DNA of 64,000 nt from an uncultured Acidobacteriota bacterium (GTDB taxonomy: Bacteria; Acidobacteriota; Blastocatellia; RBC074). The DNA lies in assembly GCA_963796275.1 (NCBI GenBank), contig CAWCKY010000003.1:1618737-1682736 (forward strand), in the 5' to 3' direction. Numbering within the stretch: the stretch's first letter is position 1; every line of letters begins with the position of its first letter. The position numbers and the translations under genes are program-made. Shown here one piece after another: positions 13,823 through 25,076 of this stretch. A model generated the notes under the pieces. That model was not told the origin of the DNA. It was given only the letters and a program-made list of their open reading frames with translations, and did not search any database.

Positions 13823-14800
13823 CTATCCCGCTGCCTGCAGAATCGCGCGTTTGACCGCGACTCGAGCCAGTTGAATCTTATAGGCATTGCGGCTGAGCGG
13901 CTGAGCGTTCGCTACCGCGATCTTGCCCGCCTCCGCAGCCACGTCCTCGCTGATGACCTTTCCGGCGAGAAACTGCGCAGCCTCATTCGCTACCCATGGG
14001 ATCGGCGCGACGTGACCCATGACGATGCGCGCCGTTTTGACCTTCTTGCTCGAGTCGAGCGAGAACGCCACCGATGCGGTCGCCAGAGGCCAGTCGAGAG
14101 ATTCTTTCTGACGTACCTCGTATGTCGCGTTGCGTACGCCGGGAGCGCCAGGGATGGAGATCCCGGTCACGATCTCATTGGGCTTCAGATCGTATTCCCG
14201 GTCGCTCGCCGATTTCGGGATGACGAAGAATTTATCCGCATCGATCTCACGCTCGCCTCCGGGACCGAAGACGATGATCTTTGCGCCGAGCGCGATGAAT
14301 GCCGGCGCCAGGCTCGACGGACTGACAAAATGTGCGGGCCCGTCATTGCCGAAGATCGAGTGATATCGGTTGTCGCCGTTGGGAACCAGCGGCTCGCCGT
14401 TCTCGCCATTGGCGAGCAGACCGTAGCCGGCACGGTAGTACCAGCAGCGCGGACGCTGGCACAGGTCGCCGCCGACTGTGCCCATATTCCGGATCTGCGG
14501 GCTGGTGATACCCGATGCAGCATCTGTGACCGATGGGAGGTTTTTACCCAAGGCTTCGATCAGTTCGTCAATCGTCGTCAGCGCCCCGATGCGAGCCGAC
14601 CCGTCGCGCGAGGCCTTGACGGCATCGAGCCCTTTGATGCTCTTGATGTTGACCACCCGCTTGGGCGTCACGATGAAGTCCTTCATCAGGCTGATCAGAT
14701 CGGTCCCGCCTGCGAGGACTTCGGTCTCTCCCCAATTCTTGTCGAGAAGCGCGACCGCCTGTTCTTTTGTCGTCGGGCTGGCATACTCAAATTTTTGCAT
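13823..14800 (-). CDS. Xanthine dehydrogenase family FAD-binding subunit (PaoB/YagS-like)
   Basis: LAGGTDL, SPQIRNMGTVGG, CQRPRCWYYR and PLSRNAYK motifs. Confidence 0.93.
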   Translation of the reverse strand: MQKFEYASPTTKEQAVALLDKNWGETEVLAGGTDLISLMKDFIVTPKRVVNIKSIKGLDAVKASRDGSARIGALTTIDELIEALGKNLPSVTDAASGITSPQIRNMGTVGGDLCQRPRCWYYRAGYGLLANGENGEPLVPNGDNRYHSIFGNDGPAHFVSPSSLAPAFIALGAKIIVFGPGGEREIDADKFFVIPKSASDREYDLKPNEIVTGISIPGAPGVRNATYEVRQKESLDWPLATASVAFSLDSSKKVKTARIVMGHVAPIPWVANEAAQFLAGKVISEDVAAEAGKIAVANAQPLSRNAYKIQLARVAVKRAILQAAG

Positions 14801-16946
14801 TGGACCCTCCTTTCTTTTCGAGCGCCGCGAGCACGCGATCCGGCGTCAATGGGATGTTCGGTACGCGCACTCCGATGGCGTTGGCAACCGCGTTTGAGAT
14901 GGCGGCGCCGGGCGAGATGGTCGGAGGTTCGCCGAGGCCGATCACGCCGCGCTCGTCATAGCCTTTGCCGGTCATCATATGAACCTTGAATTCGCCGATG
15001 TCAGCCAGCCCCGCGAGCTTGTAAAACTCCATGTTCGGGTTGAGCATGCGGCCGGTCTGATCGTCCATGATCTTCTCTTCATAGAGCGAATAACAGACGC
15101 CCATGATCATCGCGCCGTAGACCTGGCTCTCGGCGGTCTTCAGATCGATGATCAATCCGCAATCCTGGACGGCGACGAAGCGGTTCATCTTGACGATGCC
15201 CGTCTCGATATCGACCGATACGTCGGCCATCTGAGCTCCGCCGACGCCGCCAACTGCGAGCGTCTCTTTCCCCGGCTGTTTCCCGCGCGCTGTGACCGGC
15301 TGCGTGCCGAGCTTCGCACAAGCCTGCTTCCAGGTCATGCTCTTGCTCGAGTCGCCGATGACCTGAATCTTGCCGCCGACTGCTTCGAGCTTATCCGGTG
15401 TGGTATTCATCGCGGGTGCGACTTTTGCCAGCAACTCGTTGAGCGCATCGATCGAGCCGCGCCGAGTCGATGAACTGACGCCGCCGATCGTGGTCGAGCC
15501 GCCCGATCCGCCGGAAGGCGGTAGCTTGTTATCGCCGATATGAACCTTGACGGCTTCGAACGGCAGACCGAGGGTCTCCGCCGCGACGATCTGGATCGCC
15601 GTGCGAGTGCCGGTGCCCAGGTCCTGGGTGCCGAGCTTGACGTCGACCGCTCCGTCGGGATGGATCGTCACATCGCAATCGCTCCCGTGCGGGGTGCCTC
15701 CCCAGGTATGGATCGAAAGACCCAGCCCGCGTTTGATCGTCCTGGTGCTGCCGGAAGCGCCTTCGCCGCGCGGCCTCCAGTTCTTCTTCCAATCGATCAA
15801 CTCCGCGGCCTTGAGCAGTTCTTCTTTGTAGACGTTAGCGCGAGTGCCGGTCAACTCGATGTTCTTGATGAAAAAATCGAGCGGGTCCAGATTCAACTTG
15901 GCCGCTAAATCTTCGAGCGCGCCCATCGTGATCAGGGCTGCCTGCGGATGGTTGGGAGCGCGCCATGCGCGCTGCGGGCCGACATTGGTGCTGATGCTAT
16001 TGTGCTTGGTTTTTCGGTTCGGAATAACGAAGACATAAGGGTATGGAGGTGAATTAGCACCACCCACGCCTCCGCTGCCCCACGATTCCGACTCCCAGGC
16101 GACGATCGTGCCGTCTTTCTTGGCGCCGATTTTTACCCGCGCATAAGCTGACGGGCGCGATCCCGCGACCATCAACTCGGCGTCACGTTCGAGCATCAAC
16201 TTAACCGGCTTGCCTTCGACTGTCCGGGATACGCGGGCTGCTTCAGCTCCCCAGGGGTCGACCGGGAACTTGCTGCCGAAGCCGCCGCCGACATGATCCA
16301 TCTTAATATGCACATTGGCTGCGGGTATGTTCATCAGCTTGGCATACTGCCGCCGTATTCGCCGAGACAGACTGCGTAGAAGGATGAACCAATAGAGTTC
16401 TCGCCCTCCCACTCAGCGATTATGCCGTGAGACTCGAGGCAGCAATGAGTGATGACGGAGTTACCGTAAAGTCCCTCGATGATAACTTCGGCTTCTTTGA
16501 ACGCCGCGTCGGGCTCGCCATTGGCTTGCTCTGATGGCGGACGGAGGTTACCAGCCGGCACCTTTTCCAGATCGCTTTCGTTGACGAGGTGCGGGAGTTT
16601 CTCGAACTCCACTTTGATCGCGCGGATCGCATCCGTCTGCCGTCGGTTCATCCACTGCAGCCACGAATACGATGTCAGCGCCGGCCCACTGGATCTCGGC
16701 CCCTTCCTTCTGCATAATCGAGATTTTCTTGACGCCGGGCATCTTTTCAGCCGCGCTGATGTCGATCTTGGTGATCTTCGCGTGCGCGTATGGCGAGCGC
16801 AGTATCTTTCCGAAGAGCATCCCGGGACGGTTGATGTCAAAGGTGTATTTCGCCTTGCCGCTGACCTTGTCCGGTCCGTCCACGCGCGAAATGCGTTTGC
16901 CGATCAATGAACGCTTGCCCTCTTCGGGCCATTTATACTCAGCCAT
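14787..16946 (-). CDS. Xanthine dehydrogenase family molybdopterin-binding subunit (PaoC/YagR-like); frameshifted near 16640 and 16330-16410
   Basis: RVDGPDKVSGKAKY, LRSPYAHAKI, VGGGFGSK, WRAP, QDLGTG, SGGS and GLGEP across three frames. Confidence 0.92.
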
Positions 16947-17592
16947 TGCGCATACCTCCTTTCTTTCCTGTGGCAACCTGCGCGATGGCGGCCTTGATGC
17001 CGACATACGTGCCGCAGCGGCAGAGGTTGCCGCCCAATCCCTCACTGATCTGCTCGGGAGTGGGGTTGGGATGTTCATCGAGCAGCGCCTTGCACGCCAT
17101 AACGAAACCGGGCGTGCAGAAGCCGCACTGCTGTCCGTCGTTGTCGACGAATGCTTGCTGAATCGGGTGGAGCTTCCCGTCGCGCGCGAGACCCTCGACG
17201 GTCTGAATCTTCTTCCCCTGCGCCTCAATGGCGAGAACCGTGCATGCATAGACCGGCTTGCCGTCCATGATCATCGTGCATGCGCCGCAGGTGGCGCGAT
17301 CGCAGACGCGCTTCGCGCCTGTGATGTCCAGATCGTTCCGGAGCGCATCGAGCAGCGTCACTCGCGGCTCGATGCTGGCATTCTTCTTGGCGCCGTTGAT
17401 GTTGAGAGTAATGTCCACTTTTCCCGGGCCGAGGACGGGAACATCCGCTCCGCCGGCTTTCACGATCTTTTCGCTTTTTGCTACGATCGGAATCGTGAGA
17501 GCTACGCCTGTGCCCTTGAGGAAATTGCGGCGCGACACCCCACTCTCTGGCGTTTCATCCGGAGTGTCTGGCCGTTCTTCAGGATTGCTCAT
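16939..17592 (-). CDS. 2x[2Fe-2S] subunit with Tat signal (PaoA/YagT-like)
   Basis: SRRNFLK twin-arginine motif; CDRATCGACT, QCGFCTPG and NLCRCG. Confidence 0.95.
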   Translation of the reverse strand: MSNPEERPDTPDETPESGVSRRNFLKGTGVALTIPIVAKSEKIVKAGGADVPVLGPGKVDITLNINGAKKNASIEPRVTLLDALRNDLDITGAKRVCDRATCGACTMIMDGKPVYACTVLAIEAQGKKIQTVEGLARDGKLHPIQQAFVDNDGQQCGFCTPGFVMACKALLDEHPNPTPEQISEGLGGNLCRCGTYVGIKAAIAQVATGKKGGMRNG

Positions 17593-17760
17593 CAGCTACC
17601 TCCGTAAGGTTGGTAAGTTCATAGATTTCTTTTGGAGATCACGGGAGATAATAAATAACCTTGCAACTTATTATTTCAAATTAGCTCAAAAACCCAGACG
17701 CGATCGCTGGTTGTTTGGTTTCAGATAGAACTTGAATTGCCGTTGAAATGCGTACGCGGG

Positions 17761-17790
17761 AGTATAACAACTGAAATGACAGAGTGACAA
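17761..17790 (-). promoter_or_regulatory. Putative sigma70 promoter of the molybdoenzyme operon
   Basis: TTGTCA-N18-TATACT on the minus strand with an extended TGn. Confidence 0.5.
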
Positions 17791-17799
17791 GCATCCATT

Positions 17800-17872
17800 A
17801 AGTCAGTTTTCAGTTTTTAGTTTTTAGTTCGAGTTATCAACTGAAAACTAAAAACTGAAAACTAAAAACTAA
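17800..17872. repeat. Heptamer (TTTT[C/T]AG) inverted repeat
   Basis: Same family as 13735-13820. Confidence 0.8.
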
Positions 17873-18860
17873 TCAATCGCGGGTCAGTTTGAAGATCGGC
17901 GCCGGGATCTTTTCGCTGGTCGTGACGATCGATCTTCCATCCAGCGTATAACTGATGGCTTCGCCCTGCCGCAGGAGCGGAAGCTTGATCGACTTCAGCT
18001 CTGATTTGAAGATGGTCTCGAAATTGCCCTTGCCACTGGTTCGCGCCAATTCATATGCGCCGAAGTATGTCCTGATCACCACTCGATTGCCGTCCGGGGA
18101 AACAGCCGCTCCGGTTACCATCAGCAGCTTCGAAATTTGATCGGACGCTTCACCCGTCACTTTTTCGAGCGTCACTTTCTCTTTCGGACGGAGCGGCAGC
18201 GGGAAGCGATAGACGCCGCCTGTTGAAGACATGGATTTGGTTATGAGATACGGCCTCCCGTTTTTTGGATCGACGAAGAGCGCTTCGGCATCGTGCCGTC
18301 CGTCAGGATAACGAAAAGGGAACGCCTCAGCATTTTCCGTCGCGCCGTCCTTCACACCTTTGGGGCCATTCGGGGAGAGCGTGGGTTCTTTGATCCGGTA
18401 GATCGTCAGGTCATCGCGCTTCCGGGAGTTATTGCCGGAATCGGCCAGGTAGAGCATCGGTTTTTTATTCACGTCTATGTAGCTCGCCATATCCTCCCAA
18501 TCGCGGTTGCGCGCGCCCGTGACAGTGAACCGCCCGTGCAGCTTACCGCTCGAGTCGATCAAATAGATGCGGGCCTTGTCTCCGCTGTCGTTATGTACCC
18601 ACCACAGGCCCTTGGCAGTGCGGCTCGGCGTCATGCCCGGAGATCTCAGCCAGAGATTGGCTCGTTATCGTGCCGATCTGTGTCGCCTCGCCGTATGTTA
18701 CTGCTGCCGGAGGTAGCGGTTTCATCTTGCGCGAAAATCCAGGAGAGAGGGCGAAACAGACGAAAATCAGGACCGCGAGCGGTAGCGAACGTTTCCATCG
18801 CAATCTGTCCCTGAGCGAGACTCGCCCAGTGCCGTTCGCGTAAATGATTTTCGTCATCAT
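17873..18860 (-). CDS. Secreted beta-propeller-like protein (phytase/SdiA-regulated-like repeats); frameshift near 18635
   Basis: EISG, HNDSGD, DWEDMA, DAEAL and QGEAI blade motifs across ORFs 18591..18860 and 17873..18634. Confidence 0.7.
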
Positions 18861-18888
18861 TCTTTCTTCCTCCTATTACTCCAATGTA

Positions 18889-19701
18889 TTACTTCAACGT
18901 ACCAATCCCTTTCCGGAAGGCGCGCGGCGTCAAGCCCGTCGCTTCGCGGAAAATTTTGGTAAAGTGGCTCTGGCTAGCGTACCCGACCCGCGCTCCTACT
19001 TCAATTATCGACAGGTCCGTCTCCGCCAGCAGTCGGCGAGCCCGCTCGATCCGCAATAAAGCGAGATAGGCGTGCGGGGTCATTCCTGAGAATTTTTTAA
19101 ATAACCGTGCGAAATGAAATTCGCTCAGGTAAGCGTTGGCGGCGATCTCGGACAGATTCAATTCGCGGCCGCAGTTGTCGTGCATGAATTCGATCGAACG
19201 TCGCAATCGCCGGTCGAGAATGCCGGCGCGCGACAGTTCGATCTCATCGGAACGTTGGACGTTGATGTGTGTGCGCAGCAGGTAGACGGTGAGCTGGTCG
19301 ATCAACGATCGGATCACTTCGCGCCAACCGGCGTCGCCATTATCGATCTCGGCTTGTATCGATTCGACGGTGTTGCGCAGGCGTACGTCATCGGCCAGCG
19401 GGCTTAACGGATTGCGAAAGAGCAAATGCGCCCCAGTGCTGTAAAGACGCAGCCTCGCCGCGGTCTCGATCAGCAGTCTGGGGGCGAGGCGGATAAGCAT
19501 TATCTCGCTCCGCCGCCGCTCCGGTGCGAGGGTTACCGGCTGGTCCGGATTGGCGAGCAGGCTGATCCGGTCGGCGGAACGGGATCCGAGAAAGTGAACC
19601 ATCAGGAAATCTGGCCGCGGCGGTAGCTCACACGTCTTCCTGCTAAGTATCCGCCGTTCGATGGAAAATGAGGGCTCGATGATGATCTGCGGTGGAGACA
19701 T
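18889..19701 (-). CDS. AraC family transcriptional regulator
   Basis: C-terminal double HTH: LSEFHFARLFKK, VGYASQSHFTKIFREATGLTP. Confidence 0.92.
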   Translation of the reverse strand: MSPPQIIIEPSFSIERRILSRKTCELPPRPDFLMVHFLGSRSADRISLLANPDQPVTLAPERRRSEIMLIRLAPRLLIETAARLRLYSTGAHLLFRNPLSPLADDVRLRNTVESIQAEIDNGDAGWREVIRSLIDQLTVYLLRTHINVQRSDEIELSRAGILDRRLRRSIEFMHDNCGRELNLSEIAANAYLSEFHFARLFKKFSGMTPHAYLALLRIERARRLLAETDLSIIEVGARVGYASQSHFTKIFREATGLTPRAFRKGIGTLK

Positions 19702-20393
19702 TCACTCGTACTCAAGCGTGAGGTCTGCCTTGACGCTCTTCCCATATATAAGAGCGTGACGATTGCTGATAATGACATAATATGTGCCGGGCCGGGCAAT
19801 CGGAATAAAGACGTTCATACTGTTCATCACCAAGGCCCGGTATTGATTGGAGAATCGCCTTTTCCGATTAGAAAAATCCTGAAGCCCCTGATCGTCGACG
19901 ACGATCAGCTCGATGTCATTTGCCCCGCCGCCTTCGACGCTCACTTTTCCGGTGATCCGCGGATTTTGAAGAGTATCCTCTATAACGAAGCGATATGGAC
20001 GGAACTGCCTCCGGCCCAGCCCCAGTGAGTTGGCTACGATCTTGCGCGTCGATACCGGGGGAGGCTGGTCTGTCGGAGTTGGCGTTGGTCTTGACGATTC
20101 GACCACGACTACGGGCAGCGTCGGAGAGCCTTTCGGCGAAGAACTGTTCGACGTCACGGACGGAGCAGGCGAAGCCGAACCATTCGCCGAATTCGCGAGA
20201 TTCCGGTTGATGTTGGTAGCCAGCGAATCTCTGAAGAAACTCAAGGCGGCAATGCTCAACGAAAGCGCGGCAGCGCAACAGGCGAGAACCAGCATCTTGT
20301 TGGAGATGCCAGACGCATGCACGATCTTCTCACCGCACCGCGTACAGAAGGTAGATTCTTCGGGATCTTCATCCCGCATTTCGAACAGAACAC
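19702..20393 (-). CDS. Zinc-ribbon membrane-anchored protein; frameshift near 20365
   Basis: FCSKCG.KIP.ESTFCTRCG split over two frames, then a TM helix, Pro/Ser linker and beta-rich domain. Confidence 0.65.
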
Positions 20394-20433
20394 AGCCGAG
20401 AACCTTTCCGGCTCGTAAAAAGGAGCTCTCTCG

Positions 20434-22030
20434 CTACAGGGGGGTATAGACTCGGTAGTCGATTTCCTGAAAGATTGTATCTTTTTTCTCGACGTCCGCA
20501 AGCCACCCCTCGTCTATCTGGTTGTGATTGATCATCTCGTAAATGCGGGTGAAGCGATGTATATGATCTTTGAACCGCTTCACCGCGTACTGCACCATCG
20601 TACCGGTCGTGATGATGAACGCCCAATCCGACGATTGCGCGAGCAGCAGTTCGCGCGCCGCCTGGTTCAATGCGCGCCGAAGCAGACCATCTGCGGAAGG
20701 GAATCGTTCCGCCAACTCGACCATCCTGCGCTCCGCGGCGTGCTGGTGCAGGTACATCCAATCCGTCTGCCCGTTTATCCATACGCGGTTGTAGCCTTCA
20801 GCGCCCCAGGAAGAAGCCGATGGCGTCTGGTTCTGATTCTCGGGATATAGCGACAGGTAGTCGATCGGAGATATGGTTTGAATGTCATCCTGATCGTAAT
20901 GGATCTTCTTGAACAGATAGAAGAGAAACCGCGGTCCCTCGAACCACCAGTGACCGAACAATTCTGCATCGTAAGGCGCCATGATGATCGGTGCGCGGCC
21001 CAGCGTGTGATTGAGGTGGCGCGCCTGCTCCTGGCGGTTGAACATAAAGTTGCCGGCGTGATCGGCGGCCCGCCCCCTCGCCCAATCCGGCACATATGGC
21101 TCCTTCTCGTGTAACGCGACCTTGCCCGTGATGCGGTGATACTTGAAGCCCACATTGCGCCGCACTCCATCGTCGTGCAGATACGGTTTGATGTAATCGT
21201 AATCGCTCGCATCGTAACCGAGGTCGCGATAAAACTCGCGGTAGAGAGGATCGCCGGGATATCCGATCTGTGAGCTCCATACCTGTTCGCTGGTTTCCGT
21301 GTCGCGCGCAAAGACGGCGATGCCTTCGGGAGTTATTACCGGCGCATAGATTCCTCGCCTCGGCCGCGGATTGCCGTAAAGAATCGCGTGTGCGTCGGCG
21401 ATGAAGAAGTTGATCCCAGCTTCGCGCAAATGCCGGTCATCGCCAGGATTGAATGCACATTCGGCCAGCCAGATGCCGCGCGGCGGCCGGCCGAAATGTT
21501 TCAGGTAATTTTCACACGCGATCCGGAATCTGCGCGCGCTTGACGATCTCGTTCGACATCAGCGGCAGGAACCCATGCGTCGCGCCGCACGTGATTATCT
21601 CCAGACAGCCATCATCCTGGAGTTCGCGGAAGCCGCCTAAGATTTGGCGATGATAAGTATTTTCGAAAACATCGCGGCATTCGTTGAAATGGCTGCGATA
21701 CATCAATGCTGCCGAATAGAAGTTCGGTTCATACTTTTTGGTCCGCTCGACCTCTTTTTCCGCCAGCTCGCACAGCTTATTGAGATGGTTCAGGTAGCGA
21801 TCCTGCAATAACGGATCGGCAAGCATCTCGCACAACGGCGGAGTCATCGACATGGTCATGCGGAACTTCACGCCTTCGTCGCGCAGCTGCTTGAACGCTG
21901 AGAGCAAGGGAATGTAGGTTTCGCTTATCGCTTCGTAAAGCCAGTCCTCTTCCAGGAAATCCGGATATTCTGGATGGCGCACGAATGGCAGATGCGCGTG
22001 AAGGATCAAACTGAGGTATCCGATAGACAT
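20434..22030 (-). CDS. GH57 / DUF1957 1,4-alpha-glucan branching enzyme; frameshift near 21520
   Basis: LHAHLPFVRHP, EEDWLYEAISETYIP, GIWLAECA, PYDAELFGHWWFEGP and ARELLLAQSSDWAF. Confidence 0.93.
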
Positions 22031-22176
22031 AATTGATAATTGATAATTGATAATTGATAGTTGTTAGATCAGAGTTGATAGCGGACAAATTTCGATTTGC
22101 GGGTTTCAATTCTTAGCTGAAACTCGATCGCTCAGCTATCAACTATCAAAAATCAACTATCAACTATCAACTATTT
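22030..22176. repeat. Heptamer (ATTGATA/TATCAAC) inverted repeat
   Basis: AATTGAT x4 arm and AACTATC-type arm immediately upstream of the GH57 start. Confidence 0.8.
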
Positions 22177-22188
22177 CAGTCTCCCGTT

Positions 22189-23154
22189 TCAGGGCCGATC
22201 TTCTCTTTTCCACCACAAATCGCCGCGATGCATATTAGCAAAGCTTCGCGACGGATTGAGGAAAGTCCTCGCAACAATAATAAACGTGCGATTTTTGATT
22301 TTACTTTCAAGCCAGCGAATAAGATAGCGATCGAGAATGTCCTCGCCGACCAGCCAAGCGGTACCCATCGTCGGGGTAACGATCAGGTCCACCCAGCCCA
22401 TCGGATGCCGGGATTTTTCCGTCGGTTTCTGCCCGACATTCCCCAGCGATGCCTCACTGATCGGACCGAGCTCGAATTGCGTGCTATAGGCGGCAGCCCA
22501 CGCCATGGCTCGCATGCGGCTTTTCCAGTATTTCTTGTTGTTGAGACCGACCTCCTGCTTGATCCCTTTCGGGTCATTCTGTATCTGGATGTAGCCTGCA
22601 ACCGAGCCACCCATCGGATGGCCTATATAATTTACCAGGAATTCGTCTCCATCGCCCCAGCCGCGCAGGCTCTGCACGCTCGCCCAGTAATCTTTGAAGA
22701 ACGGCCCTCTCAACTCCGATCGCGTCCCCGCCTCGGTCGCAAATCTGAAGCCATGACAGATAGCGAGGAAGAGCGTCGATTGCGCTATCGCGTTATTCCA
22801 ATCGAACGACTCGGTCGGATCGGCCGGTTGAATGTCCTGACCGATATCGAGCGTATTATCGGGGAGCGACTGATCCAGCTTCTCGCCATTCTTTTCCTTT
22901 ATGTCCGGTGGAGATTGTGGCTGAAAGCGAAATATGGGCGGCCTCAGAATGACCCGCCCATCGTAGTTCGGGCTTAATTGAGTTTTGCAGTCAAAATCAA
23001 GACACGCCTCTTTCCCGAATAGATGTGAAGGCTGCCAACTGTCCTGAGCCATCGATCTGATGGCGATGTTCAAACAGACCAATGGCGTAATAACAGCAAT
23101 GACAAGTATCCGAGCCACGTGCGGGGCACACAAACAACAATCCATTCGTTTCAT
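22189..23154 (-). CDS. Hypothetical exported/membrane protein (DUF3943-like)
   Basis: WGDGDEFLVNYIGHPMGG, STQFELGPISEAS and WVDLIVTP. Confidence 0.6.
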   Translation of the reverse strand: MKRMDCCLCAPHVARILVIAVITPLVCLNIAIRSMAQDSWQPSHLFGKEACLDFDCKTQLSPNYDGRVILRPPIFRFQPQSPPDIKEKNGEKLDQSLPDNTLDIGQDIQPADPTESFDWNNAIAQSTLFLAICHGFRFATEAGTRSELRGPFFKDYWASVQSLRGWGDGDEFLVNYIGHPMGGSVAGYIQIQNDPKGIKQEVGLNNKKYWKSRMRAMAWAAAYSTQFELGPISEASLGNVGQKPTEKSRHPMGWVDLIVTPTMGTAWLVGEDILDRYLIRWLESKIKNRTFIIVARTFLNPSRSFANMHRGDLWWKREDRP

Positions 23155-23594
23155 GCAAAAAGCAACCTGAACGAGTCAGAAAGTGGTTTTCACGATTATC
23201 GGGTTATGTCATTAAAGCAATGTGGGTGGCTTTTCATTGCTGAAAGTTGAGTGACGCTAATGAGCTTACACGCTGAGTTTAATGTTGGTCAAGTTGAACG
23301 GCAGGTCGAGCGCTGAACAGAAGCCGCAACAGAATAAGACAGAAAACAAATCGAGAGCAGGAACCCACACTTACTGTACTATGCGCATCACTTTCCGGCT
23401 CTTTACCCCGAAGGGCTAAAGAAGGTAGCGAGGGGTTGGGCACAGCGTAAACCCATGGTGGATATGTCAGATTGATCCGCAATCTGAAGGGATGCGATAC
23501 TCTTGGGGGACGGTTCCAGGGGGGGCCGCTACGCTTAGGTTATATTTCAACCCCCGAGCGCTACCATTTTGTGAGATTGAATTTTACGGTGAAG

Positions 23595-24590
23595 CTAGGA
23601 CGGCGGTTGTGGGATTTCTTCCGAAGAAGGCGCGAGATTCATTTCGGATGAACTTTGCCCGAGTCTTTCCGCGAAGTAGAGAGACATCGGTTTATCGATC
23701 TGAATCTCGTTTTCGCCCCCGTTCACGCTTTCCGATTGAATCGAGCGACGCAGCAGCTCGGGAAGATAACGGAGCAGTAGCATGTAACCCAGCTCCCCGT
23801 CACCCATCTCTCTGATGACATCCAGGAATTCGCGCACCATTACAGCCAGGTCTTCCTGACTCGATCGCTCCCACCATTTATCGTAATCGCGTCCAGTCTG
23901 AACATCCGCGATGACCTTTATAACTCGCCGGAATGAGACGGGCAGGGAATCCCAAATAGCGTTGCGCGCTGCCGGCGGAACCGCGCCGTCACCGGGAAGC
24001 AGCCCGTCGAGCGTAAATGATCGGGCCGGTATCAGATGGCTTTCGCGCAGTACACGTAAATAGTCATCGGCCGTCACCCGGTACTCGGGCTCCTCTGCGA
24101 TTTGATCCGATGGTGCGCCGCGCGGTGTCAGCACGGTCTGTGAGGTGAGCAGTTTGATAAATCCGAAAACCGGAGAACGCAGCCCCAGTTCGATACGATA
24201 TTGCCGGTCAGGGAAGACGTCGAACCAGTAATCGCGTGCGAATGCCGCATCGAAATAGACCGCGATATTGTTGGTCTCATCGATCAGTTTGATGGAGGTA
24301 TGAAAATTGCCAATCTCATCGTCGGGAAATATCCTGTGCAGCCTGTCGAACGGGTTATCTTTTAATTGCCAGTAAACGAAGATACGGAACGGATCCTGCA
24401 CCAGAGCATGCATCATATCGAAGTCATAATGCGACGGGATCGGCAGCCCCGTATCGATGATGGGTTCGGCCGGAATCTCTTCCGCAGCCTCCAGGATTTC
24501 CGCCGGAACTTCATCCTCGACGACGACGGGCTCGAATGGATTGCGCCCTGCGGCCGGAATTAACGATGATAGATCGAAGAAGAATGGCAC
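23595..24590 (-). CDS. DUF4912 domain protein
   Basis: LPIPSHY, LVQDPFRIFVYW, WFDV.PDRQYRIELG and TPRGAPS; typical neighbour of DUF1957 GH57 genes. Confidence 0.8.
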   Translation of the reverse strand: MPFFFDLSSLIPAAGRNPFEPVVVEDEVPAEILEAAEEIPAEPIIDTGLPIPSHYDFDMMHALVQDPFRIFVYWQLKDNPFDRLHRIFPDDEIGNFHTSIKLIDETNNIAVYFDAAFARDYWFDVFPDRQYRIELGLRSPVFGFIKLLTSQTVLTPRGAPSDQIAEEPEYRVTADDYLRVLRESHLIPARSFTLDGLLPGDGAVPPAARNAIWDSLPVSFRRVIKVIADVQTGRDYDKWWERSSQEDLAVMVREFLDVIREMGDGELGYMLLLRYLPELLRRSIQSESVNGGENEIQIDKPMSLYFAERLGQSSSEMNLAPSSEEIPQPPS

Positions 24591-24625
24591 TGATCTTCAC
24601 TCCCAAAGTGTTGAATCGCGCAGCG

Positions 24626-24654
24626 AGCTTATGAGCGGTTGCTCCGTATGTCAA
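24626..24654 (-). promoter_or_regulatory. Putative sigma70 promoter for the DUF4912 gene
   Basis: TTGACA-N17-TAAGCT on the minus strand. Confidence 0.55.
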
Positions 24655-25076
24655 GCAAACAGTGCAAAATAGACCTTTAATATCGGTCGTTTGAAACTTT
24701 ATGTAACCCATTATTAATATTTACTGTATCCCCGAATTCAAGCTGATTACCACTCCACGACACATCATACGATCCCTTCGGAGATATATCCTCCCCGAAT
24801 TTGAAAGCTACCCAATTATCATTAACGCGAACTTATAGTTTAATTTAGCGAGCCACCCTGCCGCGCTGTTGCTGTATCAATGCGTGTGTGATAAAAAATC
24901 GCAACCTTAGCCAGGGTTCATGTTTTCAGAACCTAGATTATAAATTTAAAAAAGTAGAACGCCACGCCAAGAGGTTGATAGAGGCAGAAGAACCAGAGTA
25001 GTGAATACTTTTGAGGAATCTCATTTCCGGCATTTCTGTATTCACAGTATTTATCAAAACCGTATAGGAGAACACA

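Noticed and set aside
13871-17607. Long plus-strand ORFs (372, 311 aa and others)
   Set aside because: Antisense shadows of GC-rich molybdoenzyme genes, with no motifs
17593-17760. Moco riboswitch upstream of the molybdoenzyme operon
   Set aside because: No recognisable conserved stems; the leader is AT-rich
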